The position numbers and the translations under genes are program-made. This document shows positions 37,601 to 45,940 of a DNA stretch of 64,000 nucleotides, in pieces. The stretch comes from Thermoproteota archaeon (GTDB taxonomy: Archaea > Thermoproteota > Thermoprotei > Gearchaeales > Gearchaeaceae): positions 152,399 to 216,398 of the forward strand of contig JAVVGF010000001.1 of assembly GCA_032249235.1 (NCBI GenBank), in the 5' to 3' direction. Positions within the stretch are counted from its first letter, which is position 1. Each line of letters begins with the position of its first letter. Below the pieces are notes generated by a model, which saw only the letters and a program-made list of their open reading frames with translations, was not told the origin of the DNA and made no database searches.

Positions 37601-37760
37601 TTATTATCTTATTTATCATTGGAGCGAATGGTGCAAGAGATAAAGCGATTAAAATCCAGATGACAATTATTTTCTTGTATTTTTGTCTTACGAAGGATGA
37701 ATATCTTTCCATTAAAGCTATATTTTTTTCCTCAATAATATATGCTTTCAAAGGTAACAA
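34611..37760 (-). CDS. MMPL/RND-superfamily-like integral membrane transporter (two TM bundles separated by large extracytoplasmic domains)
   Basis: 1049 aa. It has an N-terminal TM helix, a ~450-aa Asn/Ile-rich extracytoplasmic domain, a cluster of ~5 TM helices (LVIIFLIVSLYF..., AIAIIIAFALNYIILGIWL..., VLTLGLCSDYSAYLLRRY...), a second soluble domain, and a second TM cluster (LLSLITVIGFLLFMQL..., VPLFLVVTMLGVGVDYDIFLLTRVRE...). The GxxxD/DYxxF-type motifs are reminiscent of RND/MMPL exporters. Confidence 0.65.
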   Translation of the reverse strand: MLPLKAYIIEEKNIALMERYSSFVRQKYKKIIVIWILIALSLAPFAPMINKIINYDVEVNLPNSDFQNAVNKINAEFSHKNYTAKYLSVIASYNYYIIIKSNNPYSNDIKLFDYSIREKIDKEMNKFSLSYYKLTEILLYQIVANYTDKINQLYNESFKIYNQTILIKKFLDQAVNNITKIENDISNILNFIYGPPSVFLKYYQFLNINDSIKRSEEAKNLTILTLNLSGIALNYFNTFYQEWIKYNNIGNYYQNAQEIIDKISPYFLENYFNLTKEIIAIILGNTNLNTWNGKSVLLNISLEIFKSKLQTNIDKEFLIDKIRELIVNKTDINKITEDIITKEISNQNSVVQLVDEIIEQKTFNESIAKNITATFVLKNILNNINYNPYFYVNNYTFIKFLNKIIDNNNNLNDTIKEIIINSDVKDFPIILKDNIKSIFIDETHGIFLIIVFSNHYPNDQEIAKDLDIFDKIKKDVKTNNVEIYITGISLLSHEIKIGAENALYTIIPLGLVIIFLIVSLYFRSFVAGGIVLSLFAIAIIIAFALNYIILGIWLNRNISFVSPSIVLVLTLGLCSDYSAYLLRRYQLERSEGKDKNEALMAVTYWSSRGVITSSLAVFSSYVILSLMNVPLFGETAIANAIAVASTMITSLLFFPSLLYALGDKVFWPKRTKGYEIKLSKVYEFNLKHKNEIVLLLTAITLISLLFVSNITTVLDVPPLMPPSEVQKGTLLFYSTIGSSISPIYIYVEGKGKVLINENLNSTYLNYVSSIADNISKIKEVKYVYTIDRPFGDKIDLNKVFLNETTKEIFLPSIERFIGTSNNGVLIEVIIDKQPFSLDAIEVLKEIRAVIPANEEFKVYVDGVTQMSFDSKAVTDQVTPIVLLSLITVIGFLLFMQLISVLIPIRLILTVLSSVAWSLALLYIVYHLLFNLPIINAVPLFLVVTMLGVGVDYDIFLLTRVREEVVKGKNDEDAIKIALEKTGTTIMILGLLLGITFLLLLIPNFPLLNEIGFAIGLSVLFDSFIIVQFFVPSIMLIAKKWNWWPSKIKR

Positions 37761-37798
37761 ATGGATATATCAGACTTAGGAGATTAAAACTCAATTGA

Positions 37799-38311
37799 AT
37801 GGTAAAAAGCTCTTTATTTAAAACCACAAGGATCAGTAAGGCAAAATACATTCTAATTATAGGCATTACTTTAGTTTTTCTATCTATTTTAATCTCCGCT
37901 TTTGCTTTGGAGGAATATTCGGTAACCAAGAAGTTATCGGGTAGTTTGAAATTAAACGAAGGAGATTCTTTTTCGATAGATGTAATTCCTTCAAGCTTTA
38001 CTAGTTATGCTTATGTATATAATGGTTCTCTTTATCTGAATTCTACAGGTCCATTGATAATAACAGGAGAAGGGGTTCAAACAATTTTCTATAACCAAAC
38101 AAAAGTTGACTTACGAGGCTTGGCATCGAATTTAGTAATTAGGGCATTGAAAAACGATACTACTGTGAGCTATAATGGTTTCTTGGAAATTAAAGTTAAA
38201 CCGTATTATTTTCTTTCGATCCCTTCGATATTCATTTTAATTGTTGGTATGGTATTTTCATTCATGGGCGTATATCAATTCATAATTGAGAAAAAAATGC
38301 AACATTATTGA
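37799..38311 (+). CDS. small membrane-anchored protein (N- and C-terminal TM helices)
   Basis: 170 aa with hydrophobic segments at both termini flanking a beta-rich sequon-containing domain. Confidence 0.45.
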   Translation: MVKSSLFKTTRISKAKYILIIGITLVFLSILISAFALEEYSVTKKLSGSLKLNEGDSFSIDVIPSSFTSYAYVYNGSLYLNSTGPLIITGEGVQTIFYNQTKVDLRGLASNLVIRALKNDTTVSYNGFLEIKVKPYYFLSIPSIFILIVGMVFSFMGVYQFIIEKKMQHY

Positions 38312-38392
38312 TGGTAAATATAAAATTTTTTTTTATCAAATTATATATAAGATTTTCTCTTTTTTTCGAGTGGTAAGACAAAAAAGGCTATT

Positions 38393-41113
38393 TTGAGCAA
38401 TACATTTTTAAATTTGAAATTAATGCATAACTTAATGGCGACTAAAAAATTGTTTGCTATACTAGCGTTGCTGGTACTAGTGGGAGGAATTTTCGCCTTC
38501 CAAACAAACGTAAAAAACGTTGAAGCACAACAAAAAGGTCCTGCTTCTGATACAATAATCTTAAAACAAATAACTAATGACCAGCAAGCAATGGCTCAAG
38601 TTGATTTAGGAGGAGATCAAGGAGGAACAGATATTCATTTCTTCAGAGCGCCTCCTGCTCAAATTACAGAATTGCTCACAGATCCAAATATAGTAGTAGT
38701 TTTCAATAAGAGAGGAGGTTATCTTTCATTGATATTGAATCCTGTTCCAATGAGTGAAACTGGAAAATTCAATCCTTTTGAATATAGAGAATTTAGAGAA
38801 GGACTTCAATACATTGTAGAAAGGCAAAAAATTGTTACAGATATTAACAAAGGATATTCAATACCATGGTTAGTTCCAATATCTTGGTTTGATTACGATT
38901 GGCTCTATGTAGCTGATAATGTAGAAAAATTAGGAATTAAAGATGACGTAAACTATGGTTATCAATTAATGGCTGATGCATTAACTAAGGCAGGGGCAGT
39001 AAAAGTAGGAGGTAAATGGACTTATAACGGTGTACCTATCTCTATAACAATATTTATAAGAAGCGATGATCCAGTGAGATTACTAATCGGAGAAGATTTA
39101 GCAACTAAATTATCTAACTTCGGTTTGACGGTAAATAAGATATATGGCGATCTTTTAAAAGCATTCGACGTAGTATATGGCTCTGATCCAAGGGCTTTAG
39201 GATGGCATATATATACAGAAGGTTGGGGACAAACAGCTTTGACCAAATATCAAGATAGTGCTACTTATCAATTTTATGCATCTCCATTAGGATTTATGCC
39301 AGGATGGGCTGAACCTACGTTCTGGAATTATGCAAATAAGACAATAGATGATTTAACAACTAGATTAGTAACAGGTAACTTTACTTCTCTAGATGAAAGA
39401 AATAATATATTAAATCAAGCTATATTGCTAGGATATAAGGAATCTGTAAGGATTTTCCTTGCTGAATTATATGATGCTTATATTTACAACAAGAGGAGAG
39501 TATCTGGTGCTGATCTAGTGAATGAGTATGCTTCAGGGTTAGCAAATAGATTTACACTCTACAATATTAAGGCTATAGTTAATACAAATATTCCTATAAC
39601 AGGAGGAGTTAAGTATTTATCAAGGGGAGCCTTCAATCCAATCGGAGGCCTTCAAGATGTATATTCAGTATTCATTTATTATGCAATTTCAGATCCTGGA
39701 ATATGGAGAGATCCTCATAGCGGTGATGTAATACCATGGAGAGAGAATTTCAATGTTATTGCTGCATCTACTACACCTTCAATTGATGTTCCAGCAGATG
39801 CAATAAAGTGGGATCCAATTAATCACAAATGGGTAACTGTAGGTTCAGGTCTAAAAGCTAAATCTGTAGTACAATACAACTTTACATTCGGAAACTGGCA
39901 TGATGGCTCTCCTAATAATATCTATGACATATTATATGGATTCTACTTCCTATGGGAATGGTCAAATCAGGCTAATGCTACTGATCAAAGATATAGCTCA
40001 ACATATGCAAGTTCTGTTGGTCCAACTTTACAATCATTGATTGCAATTAAGCCTAGCGCTGATGGTAATAGCATAACTATCTATCTTAATTATTGGCATT
40101 TCGATAAAGGAGAAATAGCTGCATTTCTCGATCCTTGGGTTACAACTCCTTGGCAATTATTGTATGCAATGGAACAAATGTACATAAAGAAGCAAGGTTC
40201 ATGGTATCAATCAGAAGCTAATGCTAGAGGTACAGTATGGTTGGACCCGATAGCTGCTTCACAAGCTGCAGTAATAAGAAGCTGGTTGGCTCAATTTAAC
40301 AGTACAAATAGCATTCCAGATGCTTTGACTTCAGGTTGGTCAGTAACAGGACTTCCACAGATAACTCTTGATGAAGCTAAGACAAGGTATACAGCTTCGA
40401 TCAAATTCATCGATACCTATGGTCATGCTCTTATATCCAACGGCTTATTCATTTTAACTCAATACATACCTAATAATCAAGCAGTGCTTCAAGCTAATAG
40501 GGCCGATCCTCTAGATCCTGCTAAGTGGAAAGCATTCACTGTAGAAAAGCTTGCAAGCATTGATAACATATCTTATACTGCACCTCCTAATGTTATACCT
40601 AAAGGTCAAGATTTCGTAGCAAATGTTCAAATATCGATCTCAAATGTAGGACCTGCTACATCTGATCAAATCAGGAATAGATATTGGGTATATGATACAA
40701 GCGGAAACTTACTCTTCAGTGGTAATTTAACTTATACAGGTACACCTGGATCATTTAAGATTCAATTCCCAACGAATAATTTAGAAACAGGTGTGCACAG
40801 CCTAAAGATATATGTAGGTTCAATCTACGCCTTAATACCTGATATTAAGCAAGTATCCTTTATTGTAGGTCCTTCAATAACTACACAAACAACAACTACA
40901 ACAACTACAACTACAACTACACCTGGAGGAGGTACTTCAATAACTCTTCCTTTCGTTAATACAACTACCACAACGACTACTACTTCACCACCTCAATCAC
41001 CTACACCAGCGCCACCGATAGACATTTTAACCATTACTATAATAGTACTTGCTATATTAGTTGTTGCAACTCTTGCAGTAATCTTCTTAAGAAGACCAGC
41101 AGCAAGAACTTAA
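38393..41113 (+). CDS. ABC transporter substrate-binding protein, oligopeptide/dipeptide (family 5) type, with Thr-rich linker and C-terminal TM anchor
   Basis: 906 aa. An N-terminal signal anchor and a large SBP_bac_5-like domain are followed by a T12...T8 linker (TTTTTTTTTTTTPGGGTSITLPFVNTTTTTTTTSPPQSPTPAPP) and a terminal TM helix ILTITIIVLAILVVATLAVIFL with an RRP tail. This is the architecture known for archaeal membrane-anchored binding proteins. Confidence 0.85.
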   Translation: MSNTFLNLKLMHNLMATKKLFAILALLVLVGGIFAFQTNVKNVEAQQKGPASDTIILKQITNDQQAMAQVDLGGDQGGTDIHFFRAPPAQITELLTDPNIVVVFNKRGGYLSLILNPVPMSETGKFNPFEYREFREGLQYIVERQKIVTDINKGYSIPWLVPISWFDYDWLYVADNVEKLGIKDDVNYGYQLMADALTKAGAVKVGGKWTYNGVPISITIFIRSDDPVRLLIGEDLATKLSNFGLTVNKIYGDLLKAFDVVYGSDPRALGWHIYTEGWGQTALTKYQDSATYQFYASPLGFMPGWAEPTFWNYANKTIDDLTTRLVTGNFTSLDERNNILNQAILLGYKESVRIFLAELYDAYIYNKRRVSGADLVNEYASGLANRFTLYNIKAIVNTNIPITGGVKYLSRGAFNPIGGLQDVYSVFIYYAISDPGIWRDPHSGDVIPWRENFNVIAASTTPSIDVPADAIKWDPINHKWVTVGSGLKAKSVVQYNFTFGNWHDGSPNNIYDILYGFYFLWEWSNQANATDQRYSSTYASSVGPTLQSLIAIKPSADGNSITIYLNYWHFDKGEIAAFLDPWVTTPWQLLYAMEQMYIKKQGSWYQSEANARGTVWLDPIAASQAAVIRSWLAQFNSTNSIPDALTSGWSVTGLPQITLDEAKTRYTASIKFIDTYGHALISNGLFILTQYIPNNQAVLQANRADPLDPAKWKAFTVEKLASIDNISYTAPPNVIPKGQDFVANVQISISNVGPATSDQIRNRYWVYDTSGNLLFSGNLTYTGTPGSFKIQFPTNNLETGVHSLKIYVGSIYALIPDIKQVSFIVGPSITTQTTTTTTTTTTTPGGGTSITLPFVNTTTTTTTTSPPQSPTPAPPIDILTITIIVLAILVVATLAVIFLRRPAART
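40879..40990 (+). repeat. low-complexity (ACA/ACT)n Thr-codon microsatellite-like tract encoding the Thr-rich linker
   Basis: The DNA acaacaactacaacaactacaactacaactaca... lies within the binding-protein gene. It is potentially length-variable. Confidence 0.7.
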
Positions 41114-41153
41114 CTTAAATAAATATTTATATTTTTTTTATTATCTTTTCTTT
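41114..41153 (+). terminator. oligo-T-rich tract downstream of the binding-protein gene (candidate archaeal intrinsic terminator / inter-cistronic spacer)
   Basis: The sequence is taacttaaataaatatttatattttttttattatcttttctttatg. T-runs of five or more function as archaeal termination signals. A downstream permease still follows, so read-through is expected. Confidence 0.25.
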
Positions 41154-42203
41154 ATGGGTTTATATTCGTATCTAGCTATAAGGACAATCAATGTATTCTT
41201 AGTTCTGGTAATAACTCTGGCATTGACTATAGGCTTGTTTTTCAATGCTTTCTATGATATAAGAGTTCAGTCAATAAGATATGAAGTAAATTCTATAATT
41301 TCAGATCTTTATAGGAGGGGTGTATGCCAAAGTAGTGATGTATGTGAAAAACTTAGACAAGATCTTATTGCTCAGAGAATGCATGCTGAAGGTCTTGATA
41401 AACCATGGTATGAACAAATATGGGTTATGATGAGAGATATCTTGTCTTTTGATTTCGGACGAGCTCTTCATTTGAAAGCTGAAAATGGTGATAATCTTGT
41501 TTCCGTTATTATAGCTGAGAGAATACCTAGAACTGTGATGCTTTTGGGCACTGCAGTTTTAATAACTACTATATTAGGCTTAATATTAGGTCTTTATTCT
41601 GCGAATCGTCCACAAAGTATATTAGACAAAACCGTTATCGTTGCAGGATTGACCAGCAATGCTTTTGCTGCATGGTGGATAGGCTTATTACTTCAATTCA
41701 TTTTTGCCTATAACTTAAAACTATTACCTGCACTAGGTATAGTAGATAATTATGCTACAACGAACCCCTTTGACAGATTCATCGACGTTTTAAGGCATTT
41801 AATTCTTCCTTTAACATCTTTAGTTGTTGTATCCTTTGGAGGATGGGCTTTAGTAGTTAGAAATCTTTTAATAAGTACACTGGCTGAGGATTACATAACT
41901 GCAGCAAGAGCTAAGGGTGTTCCTGAAAGAAGACTTTTATTTGGACATGCACTTAAAAGTGCAGCTCCTCCAATAATAACAATAATCGCTCTTAGCGTTG
42001 CAGGAGTCTTCGGAGGTGCGATCATAACTGAAACTGTCTTTCAATGGAATGGGCTGGGAGTATTGATATTTGAAGCTATATCTCAATTAGATATGCCGAT
42101 AATACTTGCATTCTTCTACATTTCAACGATCTTAATTGTGCTCGCTAACTATGTTGCAGACTTGTTATATGGCATATTTGATCCTAGAGTAAAAGCTGGC
42201 TAA
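41154..42203 (+). CDS. ABC transporter permease (DppB/OppB-like)
   Basis: 349 aa with six predicted TM helices and a BPD_transp_1 EAA-like loop (ITAARAKGVPERRLLFGHALKSAAPP). Confidence 0.85.
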   Translation: MGLYSYLAIRTINVFLVLVITLALTIGLFFNAFYDIRVQSIRYEVNSIISDLYRRGVCQSSDVCEKLRQDLIAQRMHAEGLDKPWYEQIWVMMRDILSFDFGRALHLKAENGDNLVSVIIAERIPRTVMLLGTAVLITTILGLILGLYSANRPQSILDKTVIVAGLTSNAFAAWWIGLLLQFIFAYNLKLLPALGIVDNYATTNPFDRFIDVLRHLILPLTSLVVVSFGGWALVVRNLLISTLAEDYITAARAKGVPERRLLFGHALKSAAPPIITIIALSVAGVFGGAIITETVFQWNGLGVLIFEAISQLDMPIILAFFYISTILIVLANYVADLLYGIFDPRVKAG

Positions 42204-43630
42204 TGTCTCGCTTTTTAAGTAAAAGAGCGCCTCTGATAAAAGAATTCTTCAGCAGATCTTTTGGAGTTATCGGTGTTGCTCTTTTATTATTCTTCATAAT
42301 TATGAGTATATCTGCACCTATAGTTGCTCCTAACGCTGCCTATAATTGGGCGAATTTGGATGCATGGAGGGATAATCCAAGAGCTGTTCCACCTGTATGG
42401 TATTTACAATTGATAAATGCACCCCTATTTCCCACAATTACACTCTTAGCATCTAATTATAATGCATCTGCATTATCTTCGAACTTATATCTATCAACAG
42501 CTACTATTAACTTCAAGAATGACAATACAGGATTACCTACAGGTTTTGTTTTTTATATAACTTATGAATATTCATCTAATCTTTATACACTGATGAATAT
42601 AACTAGGCCGGATGGTAAGAGTATAATTCTTAATTTAAATAATGCAATTACTTTTCCAACCCCAACCAATACAACGCTTTATCAAGCAAGAGTTACAAGC
42701 GATTCTTCAAGTTTGAGGGATGATTTCTATAATTGGTTAAAAGATAATAAGATTGATCTTTCTAGCATTCCTTCACCTTCTAATCTCGTAATTTCTCATT
42801 TAATTTTTTCTAAGTTAAATCAAGAAATAATAAATCCTAAAACTGCTGAGCCTTTAAAAGGCGAATATAGCTTCCAAGTTTATGCAATATCAGGCTCGCC
42901 CATTAAAATAAAGGAGTTCAAATTAATAATTCAAGGGAATGCATATGGCGTGATGGGTACAGATGGTTTGAAAAGAGATGAGTGGGCTGGCCTACTTTGG
43001 GGTGCACCGATTGCTTTATTGCTCGGAATATCTACATCCTTGATTTCGGTTGTTTTAGGTTTAGTTTATGGAACTGTTTCAGGATATTATGGAAGGAGAA
43101 TAGATGAAATAATGATGAGAATCGTAGATGTTTTGATATCTATACCTGTATTGCCTATCCTCATTCTATTCCTAGTTTATTTTGGGCGCACTGCATCTAT
43201 TTGGATTTTAATTTTCTTAATTTCTATTTTTGGATGGATGGGCATAGCAAGAGTTGCTAGAAGCAATACCCTACAAATAAAAGAGTTACCTTTCATTGAG
43301 TCTACTAGAGTTATGGGTGCAAGCAATATATGGATAATGTTCAGACATATTCTTCCACAAATGTTACCTTATGCATATGCAAATTTAGCTTTGGGTGTTC
43401 CAGCAGCGATATTAACTGAAGCAGGATTGAGCTTTCTAGGATTAGGAGATCCTACTTTGCCAACATGGGGCCAGCTGCTAAATCATGCTCAAGATACAGC
43501 AGCTGTCCAATTTGGTTATTGGTGGCTTTGGATTCCACCAGGCTTATTGATTGCAGGAATATCGATCGCTTTCGTATTCATAGGTCATGCATTAGATGAA
43601 GTATTAAATCCAAGAATAAGAAGATTGTAA
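42203..43630 (+). CDS. ABC transporter permease (DppC/OppC-like) with ~230-aa extracytoplasmic insertion after TM1
   Basis: 475 aa. Its start overlaps the stop of the previous permease. The EAA-like loop is ESTRVMGASNIWIMFRHILPQM. A long sequon-rich loop sits between TM1 and TM2. Confidence 0.85.
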   Translation: MSRFLSKRAPLIKEFFSRSFGVIGVALLLFFIIMSISAPIVAPNAAYNWANLDAWRDNPRAVPPVWYLQLINAPLFPTITLLASNYNASALSSNLYLSTATINFKNDNTGLPTGFVFYITYEYSSNLYTLMNITRPDGKSIILNLNNAITFPTPTNTTLYQARVTSDSSSLRDDFYNWLKDNKIDLSSIPSPSNLVISHLIFSKLNQEIINPKTAEPLKGEYSFQVYAISGSPIKIKEFKLIIQGNAYGVMGTDGLKRDEWAGLLWGAPIALLLGISTSLISVVLGLVYGTVSGYYGRRIDEIMMRIVDVLISIPVLPILILFLVYFGRTASIWILIFLISIFGWMGIARVARSNTLQIKELPFIESTRVMGASNIWIMFRHILPQMLPYAYANLALGVPAAILTEAGLSFLGLGDPTLPTWGQLLNHAQDTAAVQFGYWWLWIPPGLLIAGISIAFVFIGHALDEVLNPRIRRL

Positions 43631-43633
43631 ATT

Positions 43634-44362
43634 TTAGGATATTAATTTTATGGATATTAATTCATATTTAATTTGTGTATTATCGGAATAAGTCAATATA
43701 TAATATACTAGAAAATCTTTTTCATTTATTTTAGTAACCCAAAACTCACTTTTATTTATATTATTTATTATATTTGTTGTACTATATTTATATATTGTTA
43801 AATTGGTATAATAATACGATTTATTCTCTTTTCCATTAAAAGATATATTATTATTTAAATATTTTAATAAATCATCATTAAATCTTTCAAATGGAAAAAT
43901 TAAAATTCGATCGATATAATTCCATAAATTTTGAGCATATTTACCTGTCACTTCTTGTTCGTCTCCTTTTTTTGCTTTTAATATTTGATATGAAGCTATA
44001 TTAATCCAGAAAACATATATGTTTATCTCATTTGTAGAGTTCAAAAATATCTTTATTGTGTAAGCTAAAGTTCCATTTAAATTTTCTTTGCCAATGTATT
44101 GATATATTATGTTAAAAAATAATGAAGAAGAGATAAAATAGCGATAGTTTATTATTTCAAAATACTCTACAAACTTTATTGCGCTTTGAATATCCAAAAA
44201 GTTTAATCTAATTGTCGGGTTAGAAGAAGTAGTTAACGTTGGAGTTGTAATAGTAGAGTTAGTATTGGGGTTGGAAGGAAAATTTCTGAAGGACAAGGTA
44301 GTTACAGATATAATAACAAAAAGAATAATAAGAGTTATGATTATTTTTGTTTTTCTCTTCAC
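43634..44362 (-). CDS. N-terminally membrane-anchored secreted hypothetical protein
   Basis: 242 aa. An N-terminal TM (IIITLIILFVIISVTTL) is followed by a Thr/Pro/Asn-rich linker (NPNTNSTITTPTLTTSSNPT) and a beta-rich domain. Confidence 0.5.
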   Translation of the reverse strand: MKRKTKIIITLIILFVIISVTTLSFRNFPSNPNTNSTITTPTLTTSSNPTIRLNFLDIQSAIKFVEYFEIINYRYFISSSLFFNIIYQYIGKENLNGTLAYTIKIFLNSTNEINIYVFWINIASYQILKAKKGDEQEVTGKYAQNLWNYIDRILIFPFERFNDDLLKYLNNNISFNGKENKSYYYTNLTIYKYSTTNIINNINKSEFWVTKINEKDFLVYYILTYSDNTQIKYELISIKLIS

Positions 44363-44437
44363 ATGATTAACTCATTTTGTTTTTTAAAAATTTTTTCGTT
44401 GGTGTCTATAAAGAAATTACCGTAACATTTAATTCTA

Positions 44438-45505
44438 TTGAGGATTAAAAATTCTATAATGAAAATTGCTATAATAGGTGCAGGACCTGCAGGAGCTAAT
44501 TGCGCTTATTGGGCTTCAAAAGAGGGTCATGAGGTAGTATTGTACGAGAAAAACACAGATTTTGCATTGAAGCCTTGCGGAGAAGGAGTATTTAAAGAAG
44601 CTTTTGAATATGTTCCAATAAAACCTGAAGAATCGAAGTGGTCTTTAAGCTATATTCATAGGGCTGAAGTTTATTATAAGAACAAATTATTACTCGAAAC
44701 AGATACCTCACCTTTTGATGGATATATTATTAACAAAAGGGCTTTCCTTAGAGAACTTGTAGAATATGCGATTGATGAAGGTGCTCGATTTCAAAAAGGG
44801 AGTTACTTTGTAGAAAAGGATGACTTTGATTTGATAATCGATGCAGGAGGCTACGTTTCAACTTTTGCAAGAAGAAAAGGTATTGTATATAATAATTATA
44901 AGCTAGCACCTGCTATACGCGGTTATGGGAAGTCATCTAAAATACGTGAAGATACCTTATACTTTGAAGTATATAATTTTGGTTATTCATGGATATTTCC
45001 TTATGGCAAAGGATACTGCAACTTCGGAATAGGAGGACATACGAACAATAAATCGCTCATGCTCAATAATTTATATTCCTTTTTGAAATTATTCGATGTA
45101 GAAATAGTTTCTAAGATTGAAGGCGCTGCATTTCCATCAAATGGTCCTCTTAAGAAACTAACTTTAGGCAAAATTAGAGTTGCAGGTGACACAGCGGGTA
45201 TGGTCATGCCTATAAGCGGTGAGGGAATAAGATTCGCCTTATATGCTGGTAAGATATGTTATAAAGAAAATTATGAAGAATTATTCAAACAAAAATACGG
45301 TAAAAAATTAGAAAACGGCAAAAAAATCTTAGACTTTTGGCTAAGTTTAAATGAAGAAGAACTTAAAATTTTAATAAAAGAAATGGATCCTTTGAAACTT
45401 ATCATGGCTTTTCTTGAAGGAGAAAAACCAAGTGTAATTGAAGGATTTAAGTTTTTGAAGAAACCTAACGTTATATTAAAAGCATTACAAAAAGTTTATA
45501 TTTAA
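44438..45505 (+). CDS. geranylgeranyl reductase-family FAD-dependent oxidoreductase (paralog 1)
   Basis: 355 aa. It has the N-terminal Rossmann motif KIAIIGAGPAGANCA, the KPCGEG motif matching the KPCGDA/G of characterised archaeal GGRs, and the downstream flavin-contacting VAGDTAGMVMPISGEGIRFAL motif. Confidence 0.75.
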   Translation: MRIKNSIMKIAIIGAGPAGANCAYWASKEGHEVVLYEKNTDFALKPCGEGVFKEAFEYVPIKPEESKWSLSYIHRAEVYYKNKLLLETDTSPFDGYIINKRAFLRELVEYAIDEGARFQKGSYFVEKDDFDLIIDAGGYVSTFARRKGIVYNNYKLAPAIRGYGKSSKIREDTLYFEVYNFGYSWIFPYGKGYCNFGIGGHTNNKSLMLNNLYSFLKLFDVEIVSKIEGAAFPSNGPLKKLTLGKIRVAGDTAGMVMPISGEGIRFALYAGKICYKENYEELFKQKYGKKLENGKKILDFWLSLNEEELKILIKEMDPLKLIMAFLEGEKPSVIEGFKFLKKPNVILKALQKVYI

Positions 45506-45940
45506 TATAAAAATCAGCCTTCTTTAAACGGTTTTATTTTTGCGTCTCCTTCAAATCTCAGTGTTCCCAATTTTGCTTCGCCTAGATAAAGCGATACGGC
45601 AAGATTCAAATTAGCAGACCATCCTGTTCCTAACGCCATTTTTGCTACTTCTAATAAGAATGCAAATAGTGGGTTCAAAGTTAACTCGGCCAATGTTTGC
45701 TTTTCTTCACTCATTGACTAATAAGTCTTATATTTATTTAAAAGCTTTACTATCCTTTCTTTGGAATGTATTCAATATTACCATTTATGACTACGGTGAT
45801 CAACTTTGTCTTGCCATAGTTTAAATCAATTTTAACATCTTTCATGCTTATTTCGAAATGTCTGTTCATTATTAGCATTATCAATTGCCTTATTACTTCC
45901 GCATTGAATAGAATTTTCTCCATAAGCAAAAATCTTTGTC

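Noticed and set aside
40879-40990. Possibility that the (ACA/ACT)n tract is a non-coding microsatellite or CRISPR-like repeat
   Set aside because: It is in frame within the binding-protein gene and encodes the Thr-rich inter-domain linker. It has no spacer/repeat periodicity, so it is not CRISPR. No CRISPR arrays, rRNA or canonical tRNA T-arm motifs (GGTTCGAATCC-type) were spotted in the inter-ORF gaps, but I cannot exclude tRNAs without a proper scan.
45514-45824. 66-aa minus-strand ORF (45514..45714) and 60-aa plus-strand ORF (45642..45824), plus several <40-aa ORFs in 45715–45940 between GGR paralogs 1 and 2
   Set aside because: They are short and mutually overlapping, with no recognisable motif. 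The 66-aa ORF has plausible composition (MSEEKQTLAEL...LGTGWSANLN...) but cannot be supported without conservation or expression data. I kept it as unassigned rather than annotate it.
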